Positions 1-14,709 are shown, counted from the stretch's first letter. The stretch: DNA of 64,000 nt from Eledone cirrhosa (GCA_964016885.1 OZ024741.1:203236001-203300000), one strand, 5' to 3'. A program made the numbers and translations. The notes: a model not told the origin generated them from the sequence alone.

Positions 1-419
1 GTATGTATGTATGTATGTATGTATGTATGTATGTATGGAAATACTCGGTATGGTGCTCGAGCGTGCAGTTAGTCCACCTGGAGTGCGAGAACCTTAGTTC
101 TTATTAGGACCATTCTTGCAAAAGGAAAGCTCTGGAGTAAAACACTCGACTCGATGGCAGCAAATGATGTTGAACTGTTCTATTTGGATAACTATAACTG
201 TTATTCAGGGAGTGGGATTGGTCAAGTGGAAGGCTTTACTTCAAGCGCAGGCATCACTTGATCTAAACGATTTTGACGTGTGTTGTCGAGCATTTCTTTC
301 ACTGCAGCATATGCAGAAACGAATCTAAGTCCTTGACAGGGCTAACATGTCATGTTTGTGCTACCCATGTATGAGAAAAAGATTAACGGATGGCTATTCT
401 CGAAAATGAGATGCACCAA

Positions 420-458
<39 letters not shown>

Positions 459-515
459 ATATATTTATATATATATACACGCGCAAATATATATACATAC
501 GTACATATACACACA

Positions 516-655
<140 letters not shown>

Positions 656-724
656 TATATATATATTAGAAAGTGTGGTTTTTTTACAAAATGAAAAATA
701 ACCGGTGTCCTCCACGAGTGAAAG

Positions 725-1200
725 TATAAAGAAAAAAAGATGAAATCGAAAATGCAACTGGAGTCTTATTTAAAAATATATATATATATTTATTTGGTTC
801 CTTTACCGGTTTCGCAGTTATTCTGCTTTTCAAAAGTAGAGTTGGGATGGAGGGTTTGTGGTTTTTCTCACATCTGCTGCTAACACAGAAGGGAGCGGTT
901 AAGCGAGGAAAGGGCCAATCCCACTTTCTGAACATCGAATGCATTTATTCAAAACGAACAACTGGTCTACATCATTGGATGCAAACGAAGTCGCAGGTTT
1001 TATATCAGGAGTCTCGAGCTCCACAATAAAAAAAAAAAAAAAAAAATTGCCAGATGTGAGAAAAACCACAGACCCTCCATTTCAACTCTACTTTTGAAAA
1101 GTAGAAGAACTGCGAAACCGGTAAAGGAACCAAATAAATATATATATTTTTTAAAAAATAAGACTCCAGTTGCATTTTCGATCTCATCTTTTTCTTTATA
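725..1200. mobile_element. Inverted-repeat PLE-like terminal fragment (arms ~725-876 and 1051-1200), each arm carrying a minimal hammerhead with variant core UUGAAAA
   Basis: The arms are reverse complements. Plus arm 1091-1126 reads ctt-TTGAAAA-gtag/ctgc-GAAA-ccggt-A^aag; the minus arm 801-836 has a perfect gcag/ctgc stem II. The plus arm runs into (TA)n. Confidence 0.65.
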
Positions 1201-1853
1201 TATATATATATATATATATATACGTACGTTTCAACTTCAATATTATCAGGTAACACTAATTCATCGTCAGGCCATTAATTCAGGATTTGAATGATGCAAA
1301 TCCCAAAGAAATACAAGAATCCATATACAATAAGGTAAAGAAATTGAGGTTTTCTTTAGAATTCTTTTCTAAAAACCTCTGCGAAAATGAAGCCTATGTT
1401 GCACAAATAATTAACTGCTTTGTATGTGCCTCTCCGGAGATAAAACTTCTTTCCTTTTTTATTAAACTCTTAAAAAATCTCTTTAATTTCTTTACCATAT
1501 GGACTATATGTTTTATGGACTATATATTCTTTACTTTATGGACTATATATTCTTTACTTTATGGACTATATATTTGCGTATTTCTTTAGACATTGCATCA
1601 CTCAAATCCCGAATTAAAGTCCTGGCAATGTTTTAGTTTTACCTGGTAGTATTGAAGGTGAAATGCCTGTAGACATTACAAAAATGATTTGAAGTACTTT
1701 CTTTGGTTATCTATTAATTAAAAAATTATTACGCTCTATATTCTTCATAAGTGATTAATACATTGAGCTTTTTATCATTTGGTAATAAACGGGTTTCATA
1801 CCCAATTTTTTCATCTCCTATATATATATACCTCCATAGATGTATAGTATAAA

Positions 1854-1919
<66 letters not shown>

Positions 1920-2271
1920 GAGGTACAATATAATATATATTCTGTTAGCTTCTTTGTTGAATAAAATTAATAAATTTTGCATTTAAATTATATAAATTGT
2001 TATTTATCGGTAGACCAAAATGGTTTGTTTGGAGTGAAGAAGCTATACTAACGGAAGCCATTGTTGACAAGCTATCATCAGTCTTCCAGAAATGAACCTT
2101 GTAAACTCGTCTGGTGTCACTGTGTCAGATTTCCAACCAATCTTCCTGCATCTGTCGGTAATAACTGTCTGTCTGGCTGTCTGTATGTCTTTCTGATCTC
2201 CAACATTTTACACACATCTTCCGGTTGTCTAGAAGGCGTTGATATATGTGTGTCATGGCTATATATGTTAT

Positions 2272-2308
<37 letters not shown>

Positions 2309-2520
2309 AACACATATATACATATATACATATATACATATATATATATACATGTGAGTATGTGCGTCAATGGGTGTCTGTGCGTGTGTGTTTGTGTTTG
2401 TGTGTCTTTGTATGTTTGTGACGGCAATATATGTGTAATATATCGTGCTATATCATTCATCGCGTGAATTAGGCAGAAGTACATGTCACCCTCCCGACCG
2501 AAATGGTTACTATCGCTACA

Positions 2521-2550
2521 CAGAGAGAGAGAGAGAGAGAGAGTGAGATA

Positions 2551-2641
<91 letters not shown>

Positions 2642-2662
2642 TGAGAGAGAGAGAGAGAGAGA
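2521..2662. repeat. (GA)n microsatellite
   Basis: Direct inspection. Confidence 0.95.
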
Positions 2663-3094
2663 GAGTTATGGAACAGCAACTATTGCAATAAATTAAGCAT
2701 AATGATTTCAACTTTAGACACAAGGCCTGCAAATTTGGGCGTGGGGAAAGTCGATTAAATCGTCCCCAGTGCGTGACTGGAACTTTATTTTATCAACCCT
2801 GTAAGGATGAAAGGCAAAGCTAACCTCGGCGGGATTTGAACTCAGAATGTATATAGCCGGTCCAAGTGTAGAATAATTGCACTTCTCCACTTTTTCTTAT
2901 TAATTCTAGTTTGTGTGTTAAGTACTTTAAATGTATGTTTGTTTAAACAGAGAATTCTGTGTACGTGTCTGGATATATGTAAGTACGTGTGTTTGAATAT
3001 ATACATAGATATACCTCCACACACATATAAATAGATATAGATATATATACACACATATGTATACACACATAGACATCTCTTTCTCTCTCTCTCC

Positions 3095-3171
<77 letters not shown>

Positions 3172-3512
3172 TATATATATATATATATATATATAGATAT
3201 ACATATAAAAATGAGAAACAGACCACACACAGATCGTAGCAGCAGAAAGATTTATTTTTCTGTTGCATGATCCACCATTTTAAAATGGCATTCTCAATTA
3301 AATCATGCGAAACCATCTTGCTGGTTTGAGAGCTGATGAGGGCGAATATGTGTGTGAGAACTTCTCTTGTACATCGCTATTTTTTATTTCCTTCTTCCAG
3401 TCACCTCTATAGGCGGACACACTTCCCCTTGTCCTCTCCTTTTCCAATCGTTTCAATATTTCATCTGCCTGTCATCCACCTCGTGGATTGTCTCCCTACC
3501 GACCAAGGCCTC

Positions 3513-3812
3513 CAGTGGTCTCCAACCTTTTTTATACCACGGACCGGCTTCATGCCGGACAATCTTTCCGGGGATCGGTAGTTGCACATATGTGTTATAT
3601 AAGTGCATTTCGATAAAGAGAGCAAAAATAAAATGTGTAATTTATTAAAGTAGATGAACATTGAATCTTCAAACAACTTTTAAAAAAATTAAAGTCCAAT
3701 ATTCAATTTATCTATTATAGAATTTTAAACAGGTTAATTATTTCTTTGCTGCCCGGTAGCAAATGATCCACCGATCGTTACCAATCCGCGGCCCAGTGGT
3801 TGGGGACCTCTG
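3513..3812. mobile_element. hAT/Charlie-like MITE
   Basis: TIRs CAGTGGTCTCCAACC / GGTTGGGGACCTCTG match 13/15; no clean 8-bp TSD. Confidence 0.65.
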
Positions 3813-4321
3813 CTCTGAGGTATTTTGCCCATCGCTGTCATTGACAGCATTTGGCTGGTTTAACAGCTGTCCTAGCGATGAGTTTTCTCATTTTTTATAT
3901 GACTCGTGCAGAGTCACTAGGTCAGTTCACGCGCGCACGCTCTTTCACACATTCACACTCTCACAGCAGCCAGCCTGTCACGGTCCAACAGCTACACACG
4001 CATGCACACACACGCACGTATATAGACATGCCAACCCCACATATGCAATGATTACCTCCCTTCCTAAAGCTCTCAAACGCATAAGATACCCCTTGACCAG
4101 TCAATCTCCATAATGGCTGAATGAATACGGCCGTGTGTTTTTTTCTCCCCTTTAATTCATCTCCCGTCCTCACTCTTTGTTTTTCTATCTATTTTCTATT
4201 TCTAACTCTATTTTCCTGTGAAGGACTATTTCCTGCTATTCCAAGCGTTAAACTAATATATTACCTCAATCAACTGTGTTATTTGCTTTGTTATTGCTGT
4301 TTACCCTTTATATGCAAATGT

Positions 4322-4502
4322 AACTGTTTCTACGTTTGGCACAAGGCCAGGAAATACCCAGTGCATTACTGGTACTTTATTTTATCGACCCTGTAAGGAT
4401 GAAAGGCAAAGTTATCCTCGGCGGGATTTGAACTCAGAATGACAAGGACCGTAACTCTACACATCAAAGCATGGCGTCCGACCCTCTACCAATACTGCCA
4501 AT
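4322..4502 (-). mobile_element. tRNA-derived SINE, family 1
   Basis: Matches the full copies at 12301-12491 and 45868-46060. Confidence 0.85.
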
Positions 4503-4566
4503 ACACAAACTGAACCGAAAAGGTCTGGTTTCTCGGGTATGTCACTATTTATAAGACAAATTTTGT

Positions 4567-4626
4567 ATTTTATCTGATGAGAGCGTACCAAAGTTTTTGG
4601 TACCCTTGAAATATATATAATAAAAT
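4567..4626 (+). ncRNA. Type I hammerhead ribozyme in a PLE pLTR fragment (~4520-4760)
   Basis: attttat-CTGATGA-[gtaccaaa/tttggtac stem II]-GAAA-tatata-TA^ataaaat; perfect 7-bp stem I and palindromic minimal stem III. Homologous to the pLTR at 59.4-59.6 kb. Confidence 0.85.
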
Positions 4627-4757
4627 AAATATGGTTTTATAAATATAGTTTTCCATTTATTAATATCATTGATATTATACTCCAGGAAAACTGTTGAGTT
4701 CTTCGAATCTGTTATAAATAAATTTGTTGAATTACCAACAAATTAAATATCTCTTTG

Positions 4758-4830
<73 letters not shown>

Positions 4831-4843
4831 CCATACATATAAT

Positions 4844-4875
<32 letters not shown>

Positions 4876-5574
4876 GAATAAATGGATGAATAAATGATGA
4901 TTTTGTATTGTGGCTCATTTTCCCCGTTGTATTCACTGACAATATTGTCAGTGAATGTTATGAAGAAAACAAAAGGTAATTGTCATCATTGGTGAATCCC
5001 CTATAAACGACTATTTCCTCGTCAGTTGTGAGTTCACTCTATAAAATGATAATAACCCAACTTGAAGTCTAACTACATTGTTATACAATCTAGAATTTCA
5101 ACAATTAACATTTTCAGAGTATACATTTTATCGTAACTATACAATTTTATATTATTCATGCTCAGAGAGCGTGGTATATTGGTTATGTTGTTAAGGTATT
5201 ATGTTTTATCCTTCAGTACGACACTGTATTTTATTTGCTCCATTCCACTCCACTCAGTATTTTAAAAAATACTGTTGTATTTTTTAAATACTGTTGCACG
5301 TTTAATTAAAAGGATCAGTCTTGTCACATACTATATGAAGCTGACTCTCCCTGAGAATTACACTAAGAGTAAACGTGCCTGTTGAATACTTCACCACTTG
5401 CCCTGTAAGACAAGATAGACTGTGTATGTAATTCAAAGGGGCAAGCTTATCACACAGTGCCACCTTCATGAACATCTCCGAGAACTACGCTGAGTACATG
5501 AATATTAATTTTACGAGCTGGCTATTCCATTGTTCGAACAAATGAACGCTTATAATAATTGAAAAAACAATAAC

Positions 5575-5915
5575 GCCGCCGCCACCACCATCGCTACCAC
5601 AACCACCACCACCACCACCACCACCACCATCGCTACCACCACCACCGCCACCGCCACCACCACCACTACCACCGCCACCACCACCATCGCTACCACCACC
5701 ACCGCCACCACCACCACTACCACCGCCACCACCACCACCACCACCACCAACAACAACAACAACGACAGCTGCAGCTTCAGCTCTATCAGCAACACAACCA
5801 CCACCACCACCACCAACGACAACAATAACAATAACACCATGACCAAAACCACTACCATCACCACTATGGACAACAACAACAGCAACAGCTCCAACAATAT
5901 CAATAGCAATACCAT
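5575..5915. repeat. (ACC)n/(AAC)n trinucleotide repeat
   Basis: Direct inspection; the poly-Val ORF is an artefact. Confidence 0.9.
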
Positions 5916-6172
5916 CATTCTTTAAATGGTAATAGGAAGTGAAAATATAAACAATGTAATAATTAATTTAAAAGAAATGAATGCTGTAGTTAGTTAATCA
6001 AGCTCCGTGTATTATAATAATTGCACACAGGAACTGTGATTAAACAAGGTGAATGGGTGTCTTTAATTAAGATTCTTTTTCACAATGACTAAATACACAC
6101 GTATACGAACACGCACACAGCCACACGTGTATATATATGTATATATATATATATATATATAATATGTGTGTC

Positions 6173-6210
<38 letters not shown>

Positions 6211-6223
6211 TATAATAATAATA

Positions 6224-6292
<69 letters not shown>

Positions 6293-6298
6293 ATAATA

Positions 6299-6339
<41 letters not shown>

Positions 6340-6342
<3 letters not shown>

Positions 6343-6706
6343 AAAGTTATATTTAATTTGTTGGGATTCAACAAGCTTAAAAGTTTTATAACTGATATAA
6401 AGCACTCAACTGAAAATGGAGTAAATATTCAATATATTAATAAATGGAAACTATATTTATAAAACCATAATTATTTTAGTATTTATATTTCAAGGGCAAC
6501 CAAGGCAAATTTTAGTGCGCTTTCATCAGATAAAATACAAAATTTGTTTTATAAATGTTGACATACCCGCAGAAAAACAACCTTGACGTCAAATTTTGTA
6601 TTTTATCTGATGAAAGCGCACCAAAATTTGCCTTGGTTGCCTTTGAAATATATATAATAAAATAATTATGGTTTTATAAATATAGTTTCCATTTATTAAT
6701 ATATTG
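6340..6706. mobile_element. Foldback PLE pLTR fragment with hammerheads on both strands (plus 6600-6663 intact; minus ~6473-6536 degenerate)
   Basis: attttat-CTGATGA...GAAAtatatata^ataaaat on plus, TCATCAG at 6523; arms inverted around ~6560-6590; between TA tracts. Confidence 0.8.
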
Positions 6707-6709
6707 TAC

Positions 6710-6753
<44 letters not shown>

Positions 6754-6893
6754 GAAGTAATTCCGTCGGAAAGGTCCAGGAGAAAAGAGTGCTCTATGTA
6801 GATTACAGAGCTTATTAGTTATGTAATAAACAACAATAATTATCTTATGTTGTTTATTAAATAAATAAATATATATATATATATATGTATATA

Positions 6894-6984
<91 letters not shown>

Positions 6985-6989
6985 GTATA

Positions 6990-7099
<110 letters not shown>

Positions 7100-7106
7100 C
7101 ATATAA

Positions 7107-7226
7107 GTTTACGGCCATATCACGCTGAAAACACCGGTTCTCGTCCTATCACCGAAGTTAAGCAGCGTCGAGCCTATTTAGTACTTAGATGGGTGACCGC
7201 TTGGGAACCCTAGGTGCCGTAAGCAT
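7107..7226 (+). rRNA. 5S rRNA, isolated copy (possibly a pseudogene)
   Basis: GTTTACGGCCATATCACGCTGAAAACACCGGTTCTCGTCC...GTACTTAGATGGGTGACCGCTTGGGAACCCTAGGTGCCGTAAGCA, ~120 nt; terminal helix GTTTACGGC/GCCGTAAGC; box A/C-like internal promoter. Confidence 0.92.
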
Positions 7227-7233
7227 TTACTGC

Positions 7234-7294
<61 letters not shown>

Positions 7295-7473
7295 CAGACC
7301 TGCCACCTCTAAAATCCATGAAAAAAAGTGCCCCAAAACGGGGAGAAATGAGGCAAAATAGGAAGAGTTTGCATAATGAAAGCTCTACCCAGTTTCACAG
7401 GAGAAGACATCTCTCACCCACGCTAAAGTGGGTGAGTGATCTCCCCATCGGACGGGGAGAGTTGACAGGTCTG
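7295..7473. mobile_element. Short MITE with ~16-bp TIRs in (TA)n
   Basis: CAGACCTGCCACCTCT ... AGAGTTGACAGGTCTG. Confidence 0.6.
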
Positions 7474-7505
<32 letters not shown>

Positions 7506-7682
7506 GCGGCGATGAATTATTATTTTATTTTTGACCGCCGGTCAGTCAATGGCAACATTGAGGACCGAGTAAGTTAGATCGCAGATATATATATATAAAA
7601 GACAGCGAGAAGCGAAAACCAACCAAACAGTGAGTGTGTTCTGTTATTAATTCTGGCAATATTACGCAAATATGACCCTCCC

Positions 7683-7839
<157 letters not shown>

Positions 7840-7919
7840 TAAAAGTAAACAAATAAAAAAGCAAATGACACTGCACAATAAAGTAATATATTATGTTAAT
7901 GCTCGATATAGCAAGAAAA

Positions 7920-7960
7920 GAGTCTTAACGTTTCGGACACTAGTCCTTCATCAGATAATA
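7920..7960 (-). ncRNA. Degenerate minimal hammerhead (related decayed copies near 13825-13857, 16410-16445 and 48660-48690)
   Basis: Minus strand CTGATGA-agga-ctagtg-tcc-GAAACGTTA; stem I pairs poorly. Confidence 0.5.
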
Positions 7961-8136
7961 GAATGAGAAATAAAAGAAGAGATAGAAAGATAAAGTCAGA
8001 AGAGAAAGATAGCGGAAAAAACTTTTTTGAGAAAAATTACTTGTGTATTCAGGCAGCGATTTGGGAGAAAACAAGAAACACACGCATGCACACACACGCA
8101 CATGTATATATGTTTCAACATATTTATATATATGTT

Positions 8137-8237
<101 letters not shown>

Positions 8238-8429
8238 ATAAACACCTATTAAATACACAAATATACATACATATATACACACATATATACACACATATAT
8301 GCTCTTTCCTTTCCACTTCCCCCGCCTTCCATTTCTCTGTTTACATTTGCTCATTCTTCCACTCCAACTAATTGTCTCATACATTTATTAATGGCCTCGA
8401 AATAAATACCTTTACAGCTCGAACTTTCT

Positions 8430-9020
8430 TTTGTATATTTCACATCTATATATCCTTCATACGTATATTTCATATGTCTCTTTCATACCTATATTTTGCA
8501 TCTATATCTCCTTCATACGTATATTTCATATCGGTCTATTACATACGCATAGTTCACATCTATGTCTCTTTTATTCATATATTTCACACCTATATCCCTG
8601 TCCCGCGTATATTTCACACCTATATCTCTTTCATACGTTTATTTCACATCTATATCTTTTCTATACGTATATTTCTCTCTGATATACCACAGTATATTCC
8701 ACACTTATATTTCCCATTATATTCCTTACCTATAGCTCACATATTTCCTACCCATATCTCACATATTTCCCGCCAATATGTTACATTAGATATTCCACCT
8801 ATATCTCAAATCTCTCACCAATATCACAGTATATTTCACACCTAATTCCCACATATATCCCACAGTATATCCTCCACCTTTATTTCACATGTCCCGCCAA
8901 TATCTCACTGTATATTTCCCTCTAACATCTCGCATATTTCCTTCTAGATCTAACAGTGTATCCCCTCCCTATATTTCTCAGTATATTTCCCGTCCATATT
9001 TTACATTATATTTCCAAAGA
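8430..9020. repeat. Degenerate ~30-bp minisatellite (TATATTTCACATCTATATCTCTTTCATACG-like)
   Basis: Recurring tatatttcacayctatatc units. Confidence 0.75.
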
Positions 9021-10185
9021 CATCTTAAACATGTCTGTAATTTTGTACTGTCAAATGTTTGTTCCATCTCTAAATCTTATGTGGCATCACACAACTACAA
9101 ATGTACCAACTAACCTTTAGCCCTTAACAAGCATGCCACCACAATCTTAGCTTCAAACATATTTTCTCTTTATACGTAGACAACCAAACCATATATTAGC
9201 AGCTCAACCTATATGTCGCCGAAGCAACCTTAATACCACCTTAAATCCGGTAGTCGGTCAAGTGAAATTTGTACTAGATTACAGTAGAATATATAGAGAT
9301 ATGTGTTATTCCAAGAATCCATATCTAAAGTGTCACCGCTTTACCCGAAATATAGCTCATAGCATGAAAGACGTCTGCTCCTGCCCTTACCTCGCCGCCC
9401 TCCACTATCCCCCACAATATGCTACCAACTGTTAGTAATGCGACTTAACCCACCCCCCCTCCCTCGTTTAACCCTCAGCAAACCACTCGCCATCTTAAAG
9501 ACAAAGAACTAAAAAAACATCAACGCAGTAATAAACTAGAATAACACAGTCTCCAGTAATTTTCTAATTGAGATGTCGTTACATGTTACCCTGCTTTCTT
9601 CTGGCTCTTTACGTTCTGAGTTCAAATCCCACCGAGGTAAGCTACGGGGTCGATAACATAAAGCACTAGTAGGGTCGATTTAATCGACTTTCCGCCTTTC
9701 CCAAAATTGCTGGCCTTGTGCCTATAGTAGAAATAATATTACCGTACTTAAAAGAGTCCTTCGTCTGATATGTTCTCCCTACTGTCTATATATATCAAAC
9801 GTAAAAACAATATTTTCAATTTAATTAAGAGTATGTATAGCTGTGTGGTAAGGAGTTCACTTCCCAATCATATGGTTCCGGGTTCAGTGTTTTCTATTAT
9901 AGGCCCGGGTTGACCAATTACTGGTACTTTGTTTTATTTACCTCGCAAGGATTAAAGGCATAGCTAGCCTTGGCGGGATTTGAACTCAGACCTTAAAGGT
10001 CCGTAACTCTATGCCACAAAGCATGATTCCGACACCCTACCGATACAGCAAAATAGTCTATTTTTCTGTTCTAAGGGCTTATACGCTATGTTATTATTAG
10101 ACTATTTTAGTTATAAAATACAGCGAAGTTACTGATTCAGTTCAGTTTTCAAATTCCACTATCGTCTTCTAACCACGTGATATTT

Positions 10186-10227
<42 letters not shown>

Positions 10228-10952
10228 TTATAAAGGTATGTGTATGTGTGTGTTTGTGTGTGTGTTCACATGTGTGTTTGCATTTGTGTTTATGTCCCTT
10301 GACGCCAAGGAAAAAAGAGGGATGGATTAAATAAGTACCTGAATTGAGGAAAAAAAGGTATACTGGGTCAATACAATTCACTAAATCCATTGAAGATGTT
10401 GCTCTAGCATGACCGCAGTCTAAAGCCTGAAACCAGTAAAAGAATGTAGAACGTACAGCGTTCCCTTAACCGACATCTTATTCAGATGAAATGCGGCCGA
10501 GGAAACAATATTTTCTACTTAATTAACTGTTTTTATAGCTCGGTTTCATTGGTCGGTTTTCTAATTAAAGCTAAGCTACCCATGTTATATGACATTACAG
10601 AGACAGGCTTCTCTCATAACGTCATCAACTATTATGTTCCGTTGGAGGAATTCTAAAACGCCATAAATAATCTAGTAGAGAAACTTAATACATCCCCCAC
10701 CTGCCTTCTATAAAACTAACATTTGAAAGATTATTCTGATGGTCTGCTAGACATTTAACATCCAAACTATTCTCCCCTCCACCACACCTGCCTGTATTTA
10801 GAACGAAATTAACGCTATCTTGATACATAGTTTGCATTTTAAGAGACAATTTAAAAAAAATAAGAATTTTTCTACATAATCTTGTCATTGCTTGTCATAT
10901 ATCTGTCTGTGTTGTGTATTGTGTACACTGTATATATATATACATTTTTTTT

Positions 10953-11092
10953 TAGTCCAGAATTAGCCATCGAAACGGCTTGAGCTCAGCCGTCGGGGTC
11001 TTACTGGTTCCTATTACCCACTCTACTACCCTAAGTATTGAGTACTTTGGTGCGTTATGGTCCACCTGGTTCCTTACCACATTTCCTTCGTT
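10953..11092 (+). mobile_element. 3' tip of the pLTR of the truncated Naiad family (other copies ~14469-14600, 40511-40718, 56908-57047, 58968-59240)
   Basis: Shared gaaacggcttgagctcagccgtcggggtc...gtattgagtac...ccttcgtt, ending in (TA)n. Confidence 0.8.
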
Positions 11093-11626
11093 ATATATAT
11101 ATATATATATATATACCCGCAACTCCATATATATATATATATATATATAAATATATGTGTGTGTGTGTGTTTGCTTGTCTTGTGTAAGTATAAAATAAGA
11201 GCCACCATGAGGAAAAAGCATTTCAGACAAAATTTCAAGTTGTAAATAAATACAACGATGTTAGCAACTGTTTGTCATAAGGTTTTGTTATTAGCCGTCA
11301 TATTTTGGCAGAGCTTGCTGTCAGCTGCAATTGTCGAGATGTTGACAAGGTAAAATCCTCATCACCGTGGGAGGCCTCTCTTTCCACACGTTCTTTCGTA
11401 ATCACTCACTTGAAACACAGTATGGTGTATGAGCTCTTTACACAGGTTTCTATCAGGGAATTACAGCCACAAATCATTGTCATTTTCTATAGATTCCTTC
11501 AAAGGTTAAGAGGGGAAATAATGGTATCTAAAGATCAGCAAATTTGGAGGAACAACAAAGTTAATTAAACCAACCTCAGTATTTGACTGCTCCTTTACAT
11601 TACCGAACCCAGAAGAATAAAAGGTA

Positions 11627-11950
11627 ATAATTGTTTCTACTTTTGGCACAAGCCCGAAAATTATCCCAGTGCATTACTGGTGCTTTATTTTATCGACCCC
11701 GTAAGGATGAAAGGCAAATAAAGGGCCATAACTCCATGCTGCAAAGCATGAAAGGTAATGAAAGGTAATAATTATTTCTACTTTTGGCACAAGGCCAGCA
11801 ATTACCCCAGTGCATTACTGGTGCTTTATTTTATCGACCCCATAAGGATGAAAGGCAAAGTTAACCTCGGCGGGATTTGAACTCAGAACGTAAAGAATCA
11901 TAACTCTATGCTGCAAAGCATGGTGTCTGACACTCTACCGATACTGCCGG
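11627..11950 (-). mobile_element. Tandem partial SINE family 1 copies
   Basis: Repeated aataattgtttctact...aaggatgaaaggcaaa. Confidence 0.8.
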
Positions 11951-12300
11951 TATCAATTGAGACACAAGGCCAGCAATATGGGTGAGGCATAATCGATTAA
12001 ATAGACAAGAGTACTTGACTAGTAATCTATATTATCGAACCCAATATTGACTGGTAATTTGTTATTGTCACAGTATTTGATTCGTGATCAATTGAACAAA
12101 CCCGATACTTGACTGGTGCTATATTTTATCGAACCCGAAAGGAGTAAATGCAAAGTCGATCGCGGTGTGATATCAATGAAGAAGGTAAAGAGACAGAACT
12201 AATGTCCGATGCTCCAAGGGTCCTGCATATCTAAAGACCTTATGGGAAAAAAAAAAATTAGTGGTTTAATAACAATTTGGATGTAATTCCCAATGAGATA

Positions 12301-12491
12301 AATAATTGTTTCTACTTTAGGCACAAGGCCAGCAATTACCCAGTGCGTTACTGGTACTTTATTTCATCGCCCCCGTAAGGATGAAAGGCAAAGTCAACCT
12401 CGGCGGGATTTGAACTCAGATCGTAAAGGGACGTAACTATGCCGGAAAGCATGGCGTCCGACCCTCTACCGATACTGCCAATCCACCGCCC
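12301..12491 (-). mobile_element. Full-length tRNA-derived SINE, family 1 (central domain resembles the Meta/Sauria-SINE core)
   Basis: Sense strand GGGCGGTGGATTGGCAGTATCGG (box A) ... GAGTTCAAATCC (box B) ... GTTGACTTTGCCTTTCATCC...; flanking direct repeat aatgagataaataat. Confidence 0.9.
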
Positions 12492-12629
12492 AATGAGATA
12501 AATAATAGAAGAAACTGAGTACGAATGCATATACATATGTATATATAGGGCCACACACATAATGTGTTATGTGCTCTTCTTTGTTATATAGAGGTAACGC
12601 ACACGCGTACACGCTCACGCACGCACGCA

Positions 12630-12727
<98 letters not shown>

Positions 12728-12967
12728 AATGTAGCTGACGTCCAACAGAAAAAAGTACTCAATACCGACGTAGTCTTTCTGTATTCATTTTATTAATGTA
12801 AGACTAAATAGCGAGTCTTTTAGAGTTACACCTGCTTCCCACCTGTGACAAGCAGGTGAAGATTCAGGGTAACAGGACAAACAGGTTTAACAAAATGTAT
12901 ATATATATATATATGTGTGTGTGCATATGTATATATATATGTGTGTGTGTATATATACATATATATA

Positions 12968-13015
<48 letters not shown>

Positions 13016-13022
13016 TATACAG

Positions 13023-13055
<33 letters not shown>

Positions 13056-13099
13056 TATATCTTTGTATATATGTATATATATATATATATATATATCTT

Positions 13100-13143
<44 letters not shown>

Positions 13144-13287
13144 TATATATATGTACATATATATATATATATATTTGTATACATACATATATATATACAT
13201 GTGTGTGTATATATGTATTTATTAATATATGCATGTTACATAAACACGTATGTCTATATAAATATATATAATGTATATTATAAATAT

Positions 13288-13461
13288 AGTATCGGTAGAG
13301 GGTCGGACGCCATGCTTTCCAGCATAGTTACGTCCCTTTACGATCTGAGTTCAAATCCCGCCGAGGTTGACTTTGCCTTTCATCCTTACGGGGTCGATAA
13401 AATAAAGTACCAGTAATGCACTGGGTAATTTCTGGCTTTGTGCCTAAAGTAGAAACAATTA
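13288..13461 (+). mobile_element. SINE family 1, 5'-truncated
   Basis: Near-identical to the reverse complement of 12301-12491. Confidence 0.85.
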
Positions 13462-13586
13462 TAAATATATATATAAATGAAAGTTATGTTTATCATAAAT
13501 AACTTGACCATTATACTATATTACATATTATGTATATATGTGTGTGAATGTGTGCGTATAGCATGCATATATATGTATATATTATG

Positions 13587-13636
<50 letters not shown>

Positions 13637-13637
13637 C

Positions 13638-13721
<84 letters not shown>

Positions 13722-13988
13722 ATACACCAAACTACAATATCAACAGACTTGAACGGACTTTCCTTAATCATTTCTGCCCTCCCTTAACCATTCTATTTCT
13801 TCTCGAATTTCTCATCCTATTTTCTCATGAAAGACTAGCGTCCGAAACGTTAAGGCACTTTACCTACTATATAAATCGTAAAACTATTTATATATTTCTG
13901 TTTGACTTTTGCATATATATATACACACACGTAGGTGTTTATATTCGCATGTATATATATGTATATATATATATATATATAAGAATAA

Positions 13989-14027
<39 letters not shown>

Positions 14028-14072
14028 AATAAATATGTGTATATATAATATATATATACCTATATATATGTA

Positions 14073-14154
<82 letters not shown>

Positions 14155-14194
14155 TATAAGTATTAATAAAATAGATGTTCTTTTGATCAATTAC

Positions 14195-14247
14195 ATTTTA
14201 TTATACATATTTCGGATGTACAACAGTACGTCCTCATCAGACAACAT
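14195..14247 (-). ncRNA. Type I hammerhead ribozyme (PLE pLTR fragment)
   Basis: atgttgt-CTGATGA-ggacgtac/gtacatcc-GAAA-tatgta-TA^ataaaat. Confidence 0.75.
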
Positions 14248-14388
14248 ATAATGATACATGACATACCCTGAGATGTTAAATGGTTAAGATTTAATCAAGG
14301 TAGTAAAACTCATTCTTTGACATAATCATCGAATATGGTTTAACAACTTAATACTTATATATATATATATATATATATATATAACGTA

Positions 14389-14453
<65 letters not shown>

Positions 14454-14709
14454 CGTATATATATATATAACGAAGAAGGTGTGGTAAGATACTAGGTATA
14501 CCATAACGCACCAGAGTACTCAATACTTTGGGTAGTAGAGTGGGTAATAGATACGTTCGAAACGGCCGAAGCTCAGCCGTCGGGGTCCTAACACTTTTCA
14601 TATATATATGAATGAAGTATTTCCGTAGGAAAGGTAAAGGAAAAGAGAATGCCCTATGTAGGCTACAGAACTTTTTAGTTATGTAATACTATGTTGTTTA
14701 TTACATAAC

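Noticed and set aside
1225-1665. Diverged inverted pair (1225-1299 / 1592-1665) with CTGACGA and GAAAC on the minus strand
   Set aside because: Probably another PLE tip, but too degraded to support a ribozyme fold.
5550-5918. Hydrophobic membrane protein or mucin-like Thr-rich exon
   Set aside because: It is a simple trinucleotide repeat with no splice or domain evidence.
12301-12491. tRNA gene
   Set aside because: Box A and B belong to a SINE head; there is no complete cloverleaf and it is multi-copy with a TSD.
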